The notes under the pieces: generated by a model
What the model was told of the DNA's origin: nothing
Database searches by the model: none
The model's input: only the letters and a program-made list of their open reading frames with translations
Position numbers and translations under genes: made by a program
Part shown: positions 29,820 through 40,412 of the stretch, in pieces
How positions within the stretch are numbered: the first letter of the stretch is position 1
Layout: each line of letters begins with the position of its first letter
Source of the DNA: Nitrospinales bacterium
Lineage (GTDB): Bacteria; Nitrospinota; Nitrospinia; Nitrospinales; VA-1
Assembly (NCBI GenBank): GCA_965262115.1
Contig: OZ253496.1
Span: forward strand, 1,835,054 to 1,899,053
Length of the DNA: 64,000 nt
Reading direction: 5' to 3'

Positions 29820-30959
29820 ATGATCAACCATCCCATTCAAGCAATTGCGGGAAATCCAAGTAAAGGCGGTATTTGTTTTTTGTCCCAGTTAGATGATCTG
29901 CGCCAGCAGATTGACAAAATTGACGACCAGCTGGTAAAGCTGATCAGTCGCCGTGGCCAATTGGCCCAGAAAATCGGCGATGAGAAATCCCGTAAGGGGA
30001 AGACGAACCACTTTCACGTTCCCCAACGCGAAGGGGCGATCCTCGAACGGTTGAGGGAGCTGAACAAAGGCCCTTTCCCAAACTCTTCCATCGAATCCAT
30101 TTTTCGCGAACTGTTCTCCGCCACGCTCGCTCTAGAAAAGCCTTTGAAGATTGCTTTTCTCGGGCCGGAAACCACCTTCAGCCATCAGGCAGCAGTCCGG
30201 CATTTTGGCCATTCCTGCACCTTCAATCCTTGCGGAAATATTGAAACTGTTTTTTCGGAAATCGAGATGGGCAACTCCGATTACGGTGTCGTGCCGGTAG
30301 AAAATTCCATTGAAGGGGTTATCAACCTGACCCTCGACTGCTTTGTCGATTCTCCTCTTAATATTTGCAGTGAGACCCGGCTACCCATCGGGCTTTTTCT
30401 TTTGTCTACGGTCACTGACCGGAAAAAGATCAAGAAAATCTATTCACATCCACAACCTTTTGCGCAGTGCAGAAACTGGCTGAACAGTAACTTGCCGGGT
30501 GTTGAGCAGGTTCCTGCTTCCAGCACGGCCCAGGCGGCAGAACTGGCCGAACAAAATAAAAACACGGCCGCCATCGCTGGGGAACTGGCCGCCGAGGTCT
30601 ATGGCCTAAAAACGGTTGCGAAAAATATTCAGGATTGGGCCGAAAATCACACCCGGTTTCTGGTCATATCCAAAGACAAGGCTAAAAGAGCCAAGAAAAA
30701 CAAAACATCGCTCATGTTTTCCATCGCCGACGAATCCGGGTCGTTGCTCAAAGTCCTGCAGTTGTTTGCCAAAAACAAAATCAGTCTATCGAAAATACAA
30801 TCGCGGCCCCTGCGCAACCGGCCCTGGGAATACTTGTTCTATGTTGATTTTCTTGGCCACATTGAAGACAAGACAGTCGAACGTGTCTTGAAAACATTGG
30901 GCAAGCAAACTCTATTTTTGCAAGTGCTGGGTTCTTATCCCGAACAGGGGCAACCATGA
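29820..30959 (+). CDS. pheA: Bifunctional chorismate mutase / prephenate dehydratase (P-protein)
   Basis: CM domain (LRQQIDKIDDQLVKLISRR), PDT domain (IAFLGPETTFSHQAA...GVVPVENSIEG) and a C-terminal ACT domain. Confidence 0.92.
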   Translation: MINHPIQAIAGNPSKGGICFLSQLDDLRQQIDKIDDQLVKLISRRGQLAQKIGDEKSRKGKTNHFHVPQREGAILERLRELNKGPFPNSSIESIFRELFSATLALEKPLKIAFLGPETTFSHQAAVRHFGHSCTFNPCGNIETVFSEIEMGNSDYGVVPVENSIEGVINLTLDCFVDSPLNICSETRLPIGLFLLSTVTDRKKIKKIYSHPQPFAQCRNWLNSNLPGVEQVPASSTAQAAELAEQNKNTAAIAGELAAEVYGLKTVAKNIQDWAENHTRFLVISKDKAKRAKKNKTSLMFSIADESGSLLKVLQLFAKNKISLSKIQSRPLRNRPWEYLFYVDFLGHIEDKTVERVLKTLGKQTLFLQVLGSYPEQGQP

Positions 30960-31819
30960 AACTGTTTGGGAAAATGACCGTTATTGGAGTAGGCCTGTTG
31001 GGGGCCTCGTTGGCCAAGGCCTGCAAAGAGCGCGGCCTGGTGGAAGAGATTTCGGGATATGGCAGGAACCGTGAGAACCTGGAAAAATCTAAGGATTTAA
31101 AGATCATCGATCACTGCCCCGCTGATTTGGGTGCGGCGGTCAGCGGTGCCGACCTGATCGTGTTGTGCACACCGGTTTCGACCCTTGTTCCCTTGATGCA
31201 AAACCTGGCCTCCGAGGTTCGGCCTGGCACGCTGATCACTGATGTCGGCTCGGTGAAAGAGCCCATCGTCAAGGGCATAAACAAACTGGTTCCCAAAGGC
31301 GTTTTTTTTGTCGGGTCGCACCCGATCGCCGGAGGGGAAAACTCCGGACTGGAAGCTTCCACAGCAGATTTATATCAAGACGCAAAATGCATCGTGACCC
31401 CAACAGACGCCACCGATAAAAAAGCTGTGGAAAAAATCAGCGCACTTTGGCAAGCGGTCGGCATGGAGGTCGTCAGCTTGTCAGCAGAAGAACATGATTT
31501 TATTTTTGGCGCGGTGAGCCATTTGCCTCACATCGTGGCTTACGCCCTGATGAACACTCTTGGCGCCTTGAGAACCCCCAATGGTTGTGAAGTCACCGCC
31601 TATTCAGGGGATGGACTAAGAGACATCACCCGAATTGCTTCCAGCGACCCGGTTATGTGGCGGGATATCTGTCTTTCCAATCGCAACCATTCGCTGGATC
31701 TGATCGACCGGTTCCAGAACAAGCTGGAAGAAATTCGCAGTACCATCGAAAGAGGCGACGGGCAGGAATTAAAAAAAGAATTTATAGCCGCGAACAAATA
31801 CCGGCTGAACGTGATTTGA
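30956..31819 (+). CDS. tyrA: Prephenate dehydrogenase
   Basis: NAD fold VIGVGLLGASLA, plus VGSHPIAG and SHLPH blocks; 4-nt overlap with pheA. Confidence 0.9.
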   Translation: MKLFGKMTVIGVGLLGASLAKACKERGLVEEISGYGRNRENLEKSKDLKIIDHCPADLGAAVSGADLIVLCTPVSTLVPLMQNLASEVRPGTLITDVGSVKEPIVKGINKLVPKGVFFVGSHPIAGGENSGLEASTADLYQDAKCIVTPTDATDKKAVEKISALWQAVGMEVVSLSAEEHDFIFGAVSHLPHIVAYALMNTLGALRTPNGCEVTAYSGDGLRDITRIASSDPVMWRDICLSNRNHSLDLIDRFQNKLEEIRSTIERGDGQELKKEFIAANKYRLNVI

Positions 31820-31823
31820 TCGA

Positions 31824-32480
31824 ATGATTATCGCAATAGACGGGCCCGCAGGCAGTGGCAAAAGCACGGTCGCCAAGCTGGTCGCCAAACGGCTGAACTA
31901 CCGGTACATCGACACCGGCGCCATGTATCGAGCCGTGGCCTGGACCGCCCAGAAAAAGGGTCTGGACCTTACCGACGAATCAGTTATGGCCAAGATCGCC
32001 TTGAGCCTGAATATCGAATTTGTTCCTGACGCTGAAGGGCAATCGGTATTGGTGGAAGGTGAAAATGCCACCGCCCTTTTGAATAATGAAACGGTGGGAA
32101 GGGGAGCCGCAACAGTTGCGGCGCAAAAGTTTGTTCGCGAGGTCCTGGTGGCTCGGCAGCGTCAGATCGGCGCGACCGGCAATGTTGTCATGGATGGACG
32201 CGATATTGGGACGGTTGTATTTCCCCAGGCCGACAAAAAAATTTTTTTCGTTGCCAACGCGGAAGAACGCGGACGACGGAGGTATGAGGAACTGAAATCT
32301 AAAAACCCGGGCTTGGATTTGAAAACCATTGTCGAAGAAATTCGGCAACGCGACCATGAAGACCGCAACCGACAAATTTCTCCACTGGTCAAAGCAGACG
32401 ATGCCCTGGAAGTTGATACCACTCGATTAAGTATTGAAGAAGTCACTGATCACGTTTTTAAAAATATAAATAACCTTTAA
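31824..32480 (+). CDS. cmk: Cytidylate kinase
   Basis: IIAIDGPAGSGKSTVAK, YIDTGAMYRA and MDGRDIGTVVFP. Confidence 0.95.
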   Translation: MIIAIDGPAGSGKSTVAKLVAKRLNYRYIDTGAMYRAVAWTAQKKGLDLTDESVMAKIALSLNIEFVPDAEGQSVLVEGENATALLNNETVGRGAATVAAQKFVREVLVARQRQIGATGNVVMDGRDIGTVVFPQADKKIFFVANAEERGRRRYEELKSKNPGLDLKTIVEEIRQRDHEDRNRQISPLVKADDALEVDTTRLSIEEVTDHVFKNINNL

Positions 32481-32512
32481 ACATCACAAGAGAAAGTGAG
32501 AATCAAGAGGTC

Positions 32513-34216
32513 ATGAAAATATCCAAGGAATTGCTAGAGCAAATGGAAAATGATGACAAGGAGGAGCAGGAAGAGCTAACCGCAACCCAGATCGCCGCCT
32601 ATGAAGAGATGGAGGGCTATTTTAACGAGAGTCTTGGCCGCTTTAAAGCTTCGCAGATCATCATAGGAAAGGTGATCGCCATTTCCAACGGACTGGCCAC
32701 CATCGATGTCGGCTTTAAATCAGAAGGCATGGTCTCGCTTTCCGAATTCCCTGAAAACGGCAAGAACCTGCAGCTTGATGAAGAGGTTGTGGTCTTTCTT
32801 GAAAAGGTTGAAGACAACGATGGCAATGTGGTCTTGTCCAAAGAAAAAGCCAATAAAATTAAAATCTGGGATGATCTGGTGCAAACTTATGAAGCGGATG
32901 AAACCATTCAGGGTACGGTGGTGGCCAAAGCCAAGGGCGGATTAACCGTCGATATCGGACTCAAAGCCTTCCTGCCTGGTTCCCAGATCGACCTTCGCCC
33001 GATTCGCAATCTGGAAAAACTGCTGGGCGAAAAATTCGACATGAAAATCATCAAGATGAATAAAAAACGCGGCAATATTGTCTTGTCGCGAAGAATTCTC
33101 CTTGAAGAACAACGCAAACAGATTCGCGAAGGCACTCTGGAGAAAATGAGTGAAGGCAGCCTCATTGAAGGTATCGTTAAAAATATCACCGAATACGGAG
33201 TGTTCATCGACCTGGGCGGAATTGACGGTCTGCTTCATATCACCGATATGTCATGGGGCCGGGTCAACCATCCTTCCGAAATGTTTTCCATTGGGGACAA
33301 AGCCACGGTCATGGTTCTCAAGTACGATAAAGAAAAAGAACGCGTCTCGCTCGGTCTCAAACAAACCAGTGCCGACCCATGGGTGGATGTCGATTCCAAA
33401 TACCCGGTCAGCACACAAATCAAGGGACGGGTAGTCAGCATCACCGACTATGGCGTGTTTGTAGAACTCGAAAAAGGCATTGAAGGGCTGGTCCACATTT
33501 CTGAAATGAGTTGGAGCCGTCATGTCAAACACCCGAGCAAAATGGTTTCGATCGGGGATGAAGTGGAAGCCATTGTGCTGACCCTCGATAAAGATAAAAA
33601 ACGGATTTCGCTCGGCATGAAACAAATCGAGCCCAACCCGTGGGAAAAAATTGAAGAAAAATATCCCATTGGTTCTGAAGTTGAGGGCACGGTTCGCAAC
33701 CTGACCGACTTTGGCGCCTTCGTGGAACTGGAAGATGGCGTGGATGGACTGATCCATATTTCCGATTTGAGTTGGAAAAAAATCAAACATCCTTCTGAAA
33801 TCCTGAGGAAAAAAGACAGAGTCACATCAGCCGTGCTCAGCATCGACAAGGAAAACTGCCGCATCTCTCTTGGGGTTAAACAGTTGCAACCCGACCCCTG
33901 GGATGATATCGCAGCCAACTATCCTATCGGCACCAAAGTCACCGGCAAGATCATCAAGGTGACAGGATTCGGAGCGTTCGCGGAATTTGGCGACGGATTA
34001 GAAGGCCTGATCCATGTTTCGCAACTCAGTTCTGAAAAGATTACCGATCCTGAATCTGCGGTAAAGGTGGACGATGATATCAAGGCAAAAGTGATCAAAG
34101 TGGATACCTCTAACAAAAAGATCGCTTTAAGCATTAAAGCCCATATGGAAAACCTCGACATTTCGCAGATCGAAAAAGAACAGGTAGACCTGGAAGGCTT
34201 TAAAGAAGAAGAGTAA
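32513..34216 (+). CDS. rpsA: 30S ribosomal protein S1
   Basis: Six S1 repeats (G.V......G..VDIG.K..G.....E etc.), 567 aa. Confidence 0.95.
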   Translation: MKISKELLEQMENDDKEEQEELTATQIAAYEEMEGYFNESLGRFKASQIIIGKVIAISNGLATIDVGFKSEGMVSLSEFPENGKNLQLDEEVVVFLEKVEDNDGNVVLSKEKANKIKIWDDLVQTYEADETIQGTVVAKAKGGLTVDIGLKAFLPGSQIDLRPIRNLEKLLGEKFDMKIIKMNKKRGNIVLSRRILLEEQRKQIREGTLEKMSEGSLIEGIVKNITEYGVFIDLGGIDGLLHITDMSWGRVNHPSEMFSIGDKATVMVLKYDKEKERVSLGLKQTSADPWVDVDSKYPVSTQIKGRVVSITDYGVFVELEKGIEGLVHISEMSWSRHVKHPSKMVSIGDEVEAIVLTLDKDKKRISLGMKQIEPNPWEKIEEKYPIGSEVEGTVRNLTDFGAFVELEDGVDGLIHISDLSWKKIKHPSEILRKKDRVTSAVLSIDKENCRISLGVKQLQPDPWDDIAANYPIGTKVTGKIIKVTGFGAFAEFGDGLEGLIHVSQLSSEKITDPESAVKVDDDIKAKVIKVDTSNKKIALSIKAHMENLDISQIEKEQVDLEGFKEEE

Positions 34217-34227
34217 AACCTGAAAAA

Positions 34228-34251
34228 TTCTGGACCCGAAAGGGTCCAGAA
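34228..34251 (+). terminator. Perfect 10-bp hairpin with GAAA loop after rpsA (terminator/attenuator-like)
   Basis: TTCTGGACCC GAAA GGGTCCAGAA begins 12 nt after the rpsA stop. The trailing T-tract is weak (TCTT). Confidence 0.4.
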
Positions 34252-34259
34252 TCTTGAAC

Positions 34260-35159
34260 ATGGAAACTACAATCCAACCTAAACGATCTTTCTTCAAATC
34301 TTTTATGCGGTTTGCGGTGGGACTTTTTGTCTTGATGATATTGATAAGCATCGGCTCTGCCCTGTTGCCGGATCGTTGGAAATCCCCTTCCGGCGAAATT
34401 GCCCTGATCCACGTTCAGGGAGTGCTGATGAATTCCCGGGACATTGTCCGCCAGCTCTCCGACTATCGCCACAATCCGAAAGTGCGGGGCATCATCCTGC
34501 GCATTGATTCTCCAGGCGGAGCGGTTGCACCGGCACAGGAGATTTACAGCGAAATCATGAAACTCCGGGCCGATCATAAAACGGTTTATGCCTCCATGGG
34601 AACGGTGGCGGCCTCGGGTGGATATTATATTGCCTGCGCGGCCGATTACGTTTTGGCTAATCCCGGTACCCTGACGGGGAGCATATCTGCCGTGATGGCT
34701 TTTAATAACATTGAGGAACTGACTAAAAAAATTGGCATTAAACCCAATATCATTAAGAGCGGTAAGTTCAAAGACATGGGTTCCCCCCTGCGAGCCATGA
34801 GTCCGGAGGAACAAAAACTTTTGCAAAATGTCGTGGACGATGTGCACCAGCAATTTGTGCAGGCTATCGCGAAAGGCCGAAACCTGCCCCTTGCCCAGGT
34901 TCAAAAGATTGCTGATGGAAGGATCATGACTGGCCAACAGGCTCTAAAGCTTAAACTGATTGATGAGATGGGCGGACTTGAAAAAACCATCGAACTGCTG
35001 GCAAAAAAGCTCGGTATCAAAGTAAGGCCTAAAGTCATTGAACAAAAAGAAAAAATTCCTTTCCTCGACTGGCTCCTGCAGAGTTCGCTTTCCAGTGGAC
35101 TGGCCGAAACCTTAATGCCATCCTCCTACCCCCGCTTGCAATATCTCTGGTTTCCATGA
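34260..35159 (+). CDS. sppA: Signal peptide peptidase SppA, 36K type
   Basis: N-terminal TM, IDSPGG, the GTVAASGGYYIA serine block and KSG.FKD. ATG 34260 preferred over TTG 34254. Confidence 0.9.
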   Translation: METTIQPKRSFFKSFMRFAVGLFVLMILISIGSALLPDRWKSPSGEIALIHVQGVLMNSRDIVRQLSDYRHNPKVRGIILRIDSPGGAVAPAQEIYSEIMKLRADHKTVYASMGTVAASGGYYIACAADYVLANPGTLTGSISAVMAFNNIEELTKKIGIKPNIIKSGKFKDMGSPLRAMSPEEQKLLQNVVDDVHQQFVQAIAKGRNLPLAQVQKIADGRIMTGQQALKLKLIDEMGGLEKTIELLAKKLGIKVRPKVIEQKEKIPFLDWLLQSSLSSGLAETLMPSSYPRLQYLWFP

Positions 35160-35316
35160 AAAAAAAATGGGTTATGGCGCCTTGTGCCACACAGAAAAAC
35201 TAATACACCCTCCCCCAATCAGGTCATGCGACCTCGTTAATCCAGACTCCTGAAAGGGACTTTTCAAGCGCAAAAGCGGAGCCTTAAAACCGGGTAAACC
35301 CATTAAAATATTGGGC

Positions 35317-35344
35317 TTGACTTAATTCCACCTAATGCTATACT
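35317..35344 (+). promoter_or_regulatory. Sigma70-like promoter candidate upstream of ihfB
   Basis: TTGACT (35317-35322), a 16-nt spacer, then TATACT (35339-35344), 59 nt before the ATG at 35403. Confidence 0.35.
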
Positions 35345-35402
35345 TCCGCTAATTCTGATTTCAAAAGCATTTAAAATGTTTACCGGTGGGGGAGACTTTT
35401 TA

Positions 35403-35705
35403 ATGACTAAAGCAGAGCTTGTTGAAAGAGTGGCCAACCAGATCAACCTGACGAAGAAACAGACCGAGGTCGTGGTGAATACTGTTTTTTCTAGCATTAC
35501 TGGATCGCTGGCAGAAGGGAAAAAAGTCGAATTGAGAGGGTTTGGAAGTTTCCGAATCCGGCAAAGAAATGCTAGGGTGGGACGCAATCCCAAGTCTGGA
35601 CAAAAAGTGGAGGTCCCCTCTAAAAAAGTGCCTTTTTTCAAGGCCGGAAAAGAGTTGAGGGAACTGGTGGACAAGCACGAAAAAGCTCAAGAGGTAGAGC
35701 CCTAA
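35403..35705 (+). CDS. ihfB: HU/IHF-family DNA-binding protein, IHF-beta-like
   Basis: MTKAELVERVA...RGFGSFRIRQRNARVGRNPKSGQKVEVPSKKVPFFKAGKELR. GGTGGGGGAG lies upstream. The cmk-rpsA-...-ihfB synteny supports the call. Confidence 0.85.
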   Translation: MTKAELVERVANQINLTKKQTEVVVNTVFSSITGSLAEGKKVELRGFGSFRIRQRNARVGRNPKSGQKVEVPSKKVPFFKAGKELRELVDKHEKAQEVEP

Positions 35706-35907
35706 AAGGGATTTTAAAGCTAAATCCCCCACCTCATTCGTAAAAAACTGGGGCCACTGGATCCATTGGTGCCCACACCGCACCCCTTCCCCAGCTGAAA
35801 ACAATTAGTCTTTAGTTTTCAATAACTTCATTTCAAGAATACGCGAGTGAATGTTCTGTTACCCGGTCGGGTTTCAACAGAAAGAGTTACATTCGACCTA
35901 TAAATTT

Positions 35908-36978
35908 ATGTCTGGAAGCACGTTCGGAAAACTTTTTAAAATTACCACCTGGGGCGAGTCTCATGGTGATGGCGTCGGGGTTGTCGTGGAGGGTTGCCCG
36001 GCCGGATTGCCCCTCAAGGAATCTGATATCCAAAAAGATCTGGACCGACGACGAACCGGACAAAGTAAAGTCACCACCACCCGCAAGGAAGGTGACAAAA
36101 TCCAAATCATGTCCGGTGTCTTTAAGGGCAAAACCACCGGCACGCCTATTTCCATGCGCGTCGACAACAAAGATGCCGATTCCTCAAAATATGAATTGAT
36201 CAAACACCTGTACCGTCCCGGTCACGCGGACTACACCTATGATGCAAAATACGGCTTTCGCGATTACCGGGGTGGAGGACGGTCCAGCGCCCGGGAAACT
36301 GTAGGCAGAGTGGCCGCCGGGGCCATCGCTAAAAAACTTTTGGCCCGCGATAAAATCACCATCACCGGGTTCACCCGACAAATCGGGCACCACACAGCAT
36401 CAACCGTAAACTTCAAGGAAATAGAAAAAAATATCGTGCGTTGTCCAGATGCAAAAACCGCCGAAAAAATGGTGGACGCTATCATGCAGGCGCGAAAAAA
36501 CGGCGACTCGTTGGGAGGCATCGTCGAAGTGGTTGCCCAGGGAGTGCCAGCCGGACTGGGAGAACCTGTCTTCGACAGGCTGGATGCCGACTTGGCCAAG
36601 GCGGTCATGAGCATCCCTGCGGTAAAAGGAATGGAAATTGGCGCAGGATTCCAAACCGCCACCATGACCGGTTCAGAGTGCAATGATGTTTTTGTCACGA
36701 AAAACAAAAAGGTGATGACCAAAACCAATAACGCCGGGGGGATTCTCGGTGGCATTTCCAATGGCATGGATATCGTTGTCAAATTGGTGGTGAAACCGAC
36801 TTCATCCATCAACAAGACGCAAGAAACCGTTACCCAAAAAGGAAAAAAATCTGAAATCCGCGTTGAAGGCCGACACGATCCCTGCGTCGCTCCAAGAGCC
36901 GTTCCTATTGCCGAGGCCATGGTCGCCCTGACCCTGATTGACCATCTGCTGAGAAACAAGACTTCCCGGCTGACCTGA
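35908..36978 (+). CDS. aroC: Chorismate synthase
   Basis: [34 protein letters not shown] and RHDPCV. Confidence 0.95.
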   Translation: MSGSTFGKLFKITTWGESHGDGVGVVVEGCPAGLPLKESDIQKDLDRRRTGQSKVTTTRKEGDKIQIMSGVFKGKTTGTPISMRVDNKDADSSKYELIKHLYRPGHADYTYDAKYGFRDYRGGGRSSARETVGRVAAGAIAKKLLARDKITITGFTRQIGHHTASTVNFKEIEKNIVRCPDAKTAEKMVDAIMQARKNGDSLGGIVEVVAQGVPAGLGEPVFDRLDADLAKAVMSIPAVKGMEIGAGFQTATMTGSECNDVFVTKNKKVMTKTNNAGGILGGISNGMDIVVKLVVKPTSSINKTQETVTQKGKKSEIRVEGRHDPCVAPRAVPIAEAMVALTLIDHLLRNKTSRLT

Positions 36979-36989
36979 CCCGAACCCCT

Positions 36990-37781
36990 ATGAGAGTTGG
37001 ATTCGTTCAAAACAAACCTATTTTTGCAGGGGTTCAGGAAAATCTTGACAGGATTGAAGAACTTCTTAAAGGTCAGAGTGCTGACCTGTTTGTCCTGCCC
37101 GAACTTTTTGCCACCGGCTACCAGTTCAAAGATATGGAAGAGTCGCGTAGCCTGGCGGAACTAGTTCCAGGAGGACTCACCAGCAGCACGCTGACCGCCA
37201 TCGCCAAAAAAACCAATGCCACCATCATCGCCGGCCTTGCGGAGATCGAAGACGACCAAATCTACAATTCCGCCGTTATCACGGGACCGGATGGATATAT
37301 CGGAAAGTATCGCAAGCTCCATCTCTTTGATACGGAAAAGGACTGCTTCCATCAGGGCAACCTGCCGCTTAAGGTTTTTGATATCGCCGGTGCAAAAGTG
37401 GGGGTCATGATTTGTTTCGACTGGCGCTTTCCCGAAACCGCCCGAACTCTGGCACTTCTGGGAGCGGACCTGATCGCACATCCCTCCAATATGGTGCTGA
37501 CCCACTGTCCGCAGGCCATGATCACCCGTTGTCTGGAGAACCGTGTCTTTGCTGTCACCGCCGATCGAGTGGGAATGGAAGACCGTTTAGATGAAGGACC
37601 TCTTAACTTCATGGGCCAGAGTCAGGTGATAGACCCCAATGGCAATATTTTGGTCCGGGCCTCGATGACCGATGAAGAGGTACATGTGGTCCAGTTAGAC
37701 CTCAGTTTGGCCCGCGACAAATTCCTCAACCCCCGCAACCACATTTTCAACGACCGCCGCACAGACCTCTACCCCCCTTAA
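36990..37781 (+). CDS. Carbon-nitrogen hydrolase (nitrilase superfamily)
   Basis: Catalytic E (LPELF), K (YRKLHLF) and C (VMICFDWRFPE) blocks. Confidence 0.88.
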   Translation: MRVGFVQNKPIFAGVQENLDRIEELLKGQSADLFVLPELFATGYQFKDMEESRSLAELVPGGLTSSTLTAIAKKTNATIIAGLAEIEDDQIYNSAVITGPDGYIGKYRKLHLFDTEKDCFHQGNLPLKVFDIAGAKVGVMICFDWRFPETARTLALLGADLIAHPSNMVLTHCPQAMITRCLENRVFAVTADRVGMEDRLDEGPLNFMGQSQVIDPNGNILVRASMTDEEVHVVQLDLSLARDKFLNPRNHIFNDRRTDLYPP

Positions 37782-37907
37782 CAGATAACAATGGCCCCGT
37801 TTTGAAATAACCTCACCATAGGTTAAAATAGGGCTACAGTTTAATTGAAAAATATTACACATCATTCATCAGCATTCACTGCTTGCTGATTATTTGAGAG
37901 GAATAGA

Positions 37908-38339
37908 ATGGGTAACGAAAAATCACGGTTTTTGAAAAGAGATGATGGAACTATTTACGATTCTCTGACCAGCGTCACCTGGATGGCCAACGACTCACGG
38001 TTGGATCTGGAAAAAGAGGTCTCTTACTCGGAAACGGAAGAATATGTAAAATCAATGAACGAAAAAAAAGTGGGCGGCTATGCGGACTGGCGTCTCCCTT
38101 CCATCCATGAAGCATCCTCCATTTTTGACAAGGAAAAGTTGAACAAAGATTTCAAGGGCGCCGACATACATCTCGACTCTGTGTTTCCTGCCGGTGCGGG
38201 CAACTGCACATGGACTTCAGCCACTCGCGGCAAGGAAGCACAAATCATGTTTTACATGAACGGCTGTGCCTACTGGTACAGAAAGGACGACCAAACCATT
38301 TCCCACGGGGCACGCCTCGTCCGCCGCGACAACAACTAG
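37908..38339 (+). CDS. DUF1566 (Lcl C-terminal domain-like) protein
   Basis: The LTSVTWMAND...GGYADWRLPSIHEASSIF pattern. The stop TAG lies inside a CTAG hairpin repeat. Confidence 0.7.
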   Translation: MGNEKSRFLKRDDGTIYDSLTSVTWMANDSRLDLEKEVSYSETEEYVKSMNEKKVGGYADWRLPSIHEASSIFDKEKLNKDFKGADIHLDSVFPAGAGNCTWTSATRGKEAQIMFYMNGCAYWYRKDDQTISHGARLVRRDNN

Positions 38340-38578
38340 GCGTTGGGCCAACTAGCAATAAGGTGTTTGACCGACAAACTTCTTCTCGGCTTGAACAGGT
38401 TTAACTCCCTCTTTCTAAAAGAGGGCTGGGGTGATTGACCACCAGAGGGTGTCATGCTGAGCCTGTCGAAGCATCTATTTGTGATATTTGACCAGTGCCT
38501 TCATGCCCCCGTAGAAGTATAACGAGCTCTTACTATTTACATCCCTCCCTTCATAGGGAGGGACTGAGGGAGGGTTGG
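38333..38578. repeat. Intergenic repeat cluster, including the CCCTCCC/GGGAGGG hairpin next to the following start codon
   Basis: CAACTAGGCGTTGGGCCAACTAGCAATAAGG; TTCTCGGCTTGAA; GTCATGCTGAGCCTGTCGAAGCATC; a degenerate F1 (38499-38519); CCCTCCCTTCATAGGGAGGGACTGAGGGAGGGTTGG (38543-38578). Confidence 0.85.
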
Positions 38579-38584
38579 CTTTTT

Positions 38585-39646
38585 ATGACCCGTAAAAAGA
38601 AAAAAAGGTTCTTTCTATGTTTCTTGGCAGTTTTGATACTTCTAAACTGCACCAGCCGCGATAGCCTGGCAAAATGCCCCACAAGAATGGGTTCTATTTT
38701 TACCCCGGACCATTTTTCCGTGATCACGCGCAGGGGCTCGGTCACCAAATTCCCAGAAAATACTATTCCAGCTTTTCAGGAGGCGTTGAACGTGGATGGC
38801 GCCAACTCTCTCGAAGTCGATCTGTCTCTGACCAAGGATAGAAAAATTGTTCTCTGGCACGATTGGGATCCGAACAGTCCAATGGCGCTGATCAGGCAGG
38901 AGAAGAGCGAGTCAGTTGAAAAACTCAAGCCTTCCGGTCCCTCGTTAGGGGAGTCAAGATGGAGAAAAAAAGTCAGCAAACTTACTTTGGTCGAATTTAT
39001 AGAACACTACGGATATGAGGATAAAATCACCAACACCAAATCGGATGTTAAGATTCCAACCCTGCAAGCTTTTATGGAATGGGCCACACAGCAGGATAAA
39101 CTCAAGCTGGTGTTATTGAAATTAAAAATTCCAGCGAACGAAAGCCATTTAGCCCCGATCATGCTCAAAAAAATAAGGCTGGTTATTGGCAGCATTTATC
39201 CAGCCCCAAAATTTCAATTCATATTGTCAACGCCGCATAAAGAAGTTTTAAACCTGATCAGAAATCGATTTGATGAATTTTTATTTTCTTATGACCGGGA
39301 AATCCCCCCTGTTGGGATCATAAATTATCATGGCTTCACATCTGTCCCCACTGCCATGGATTTTAAAAACAGCTATGCGGGTATCGGGCTCCCCATCCAT
39401 GCTGGCCTTCCTGACTCCTCAACCCCGGACCCATGGCTGACCTACAAATATGTCTTAACTCTGGACTTTAAAATTCGTGATGGCTACAAAAAAAGTACTT
39501 CCAATTATATTAAAATTATCAGCCGGACCTTTAATGACGAGAAAAAAATGAGATGCCTGATCAATCTGGGGGTCGATGGAATTGTGACGGACAAGCCTAA
39601 AATGCTACGCAGAATCGCATTGGATATGGGAAAAATTTTAGATTGA
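38585..39646 (+). CDS. GDPD-superfamily (PLC-like phosphodiesterase; PLD/SMaseD-like) lipoprotein
   Basis: A Lys-rich N-terminus and a hydrophobic segment ending ..LLNC. FPENTIPAFQEALNVDGANSLEVDLSLTKDRKIVLWHDWDP matches the GDPD core, but the HRG histidine position reads RRG. Confidence 0.7.
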   Translation: MTRKKKKRFFLCFLAVLILLNCTSRDSLAKCPTRMGSIFTPDHFSVITRRGSVTKFPENTIPAFQEALNVDGANSLEVDLSLTKDRKIVLWHDWDPNSPMALIRQEKSESVEKLKPSGPSLGESRWRKKVSKLTLVEFIEHYGYEDKITNTKSDVKIPTLQAFMEWATQQDKLKLVLLKLKIPANESHLAPIMLKKIRLVIGSIYPAPKFQFILSTPHKEVLNLIRNRFDEFLFSYDREIPPVGIINYHGFTSVPTAMDFKNSYAGIGLPIHAGLPDSSTPDPWLTYKYVLTLDFKIRDGYKKSTSNYIKIISRTFNDEKKMRCLINLGVDGIVTDKPKMLRRIALDMGKILD

Positions 39647-39687
39647 TACATGTTTAAAATCAGAAGCCTTAATGATTGGCTTTGGGA

Positions 39688-40412
39688 TCACTCTTCGAGG
39701 GAGAGCTTTGCATAACCCAAGATTCTTCGTTGCAATAGCTCCTCAGAATGACAAAATAGCCTTTTATTGTCATGCTGAGCTTGTCGAAGCATCTCGCTTT
39801 TCTGCTTTATAGACTTACGCAAAGGTCTCGCTTCGAGGGTCATGTACTTTGGATTGTCGAACATAAGTCCGAAGGCGGGGACTTTTTTGGGCTGGCGGGT
39901 CAGGTTGCGGTATATCTCGTGAAATGATTCAGTATCCAACGAATCATCCATCAACCCGACCAGTTGCTGCGGGGTGATGGCATTCATCGAATTTTCCGAA
40001 AACAGCGAGGTTCCAATTCCGGACCAATGCGAAGAGACAAAACCCTGACGCACCAAATGGGTAGTGCCGAGCGAGTTTCTCCGGCTTTGGCAAGGATGTG
40101 CCGGGCAATGTAGGCGGGGACGCAACGGCCAATGGCTACTATCCGCGATGGATTCTCCGCCGGGTAAACAAAAAGTCCCACCACCGTGTTGCCCATCTCA
40201 GCAAATTCTTTGCGGATGTTTTTTAAATCTTTTTCATAGCGTTTCGAGACCCAGGCTTCCAGTTTTACCGGCTTATGGGAAATGGAAACACAGTTTTTTT
40301 CTGCATACAAGATACCCGGAGTAACCGTCAATTCTATTAAAATTAGAAAAATACTAATTCGGCGAGCCACCGTTAGCAGATGGCAAGAACTCGTTATACC
40401 CCTCCCGGGCAT
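39688..40412 (-). pseudogene. Frameshifted paralog of the 40530-41102 gene, 3' end fused to MITE-A
   Basis: ORF 39984-40412 matches the N-half of the neighbour (KLEAWVSKRYEK...IVAIGRCVPAYIARHI). ORF 39688-40125, in another frame, matches the C-half (HWSGIGTSLF...FHEIYRNL...PAFGLMF) and then reads on into MITE sequence. Confidence 0.8.
39690..39839. mobile_element. MITE-A copy (about 150 bp, uninterrupted)
   Basis: ...GAGAGCTTTGCATAACCCAAGATTCTTCGTTGCAATAGCTCCTCAGAATGACAAAATAGCCTTTTATTGTCATGCTGAGCTTGTCGAAGCATCTCGCTTTTCTGCTTTATAGACTTACGCAAAGGTCTCGCTTCGAGGG is collinear with 18129-18367. Confidence 0.85.
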
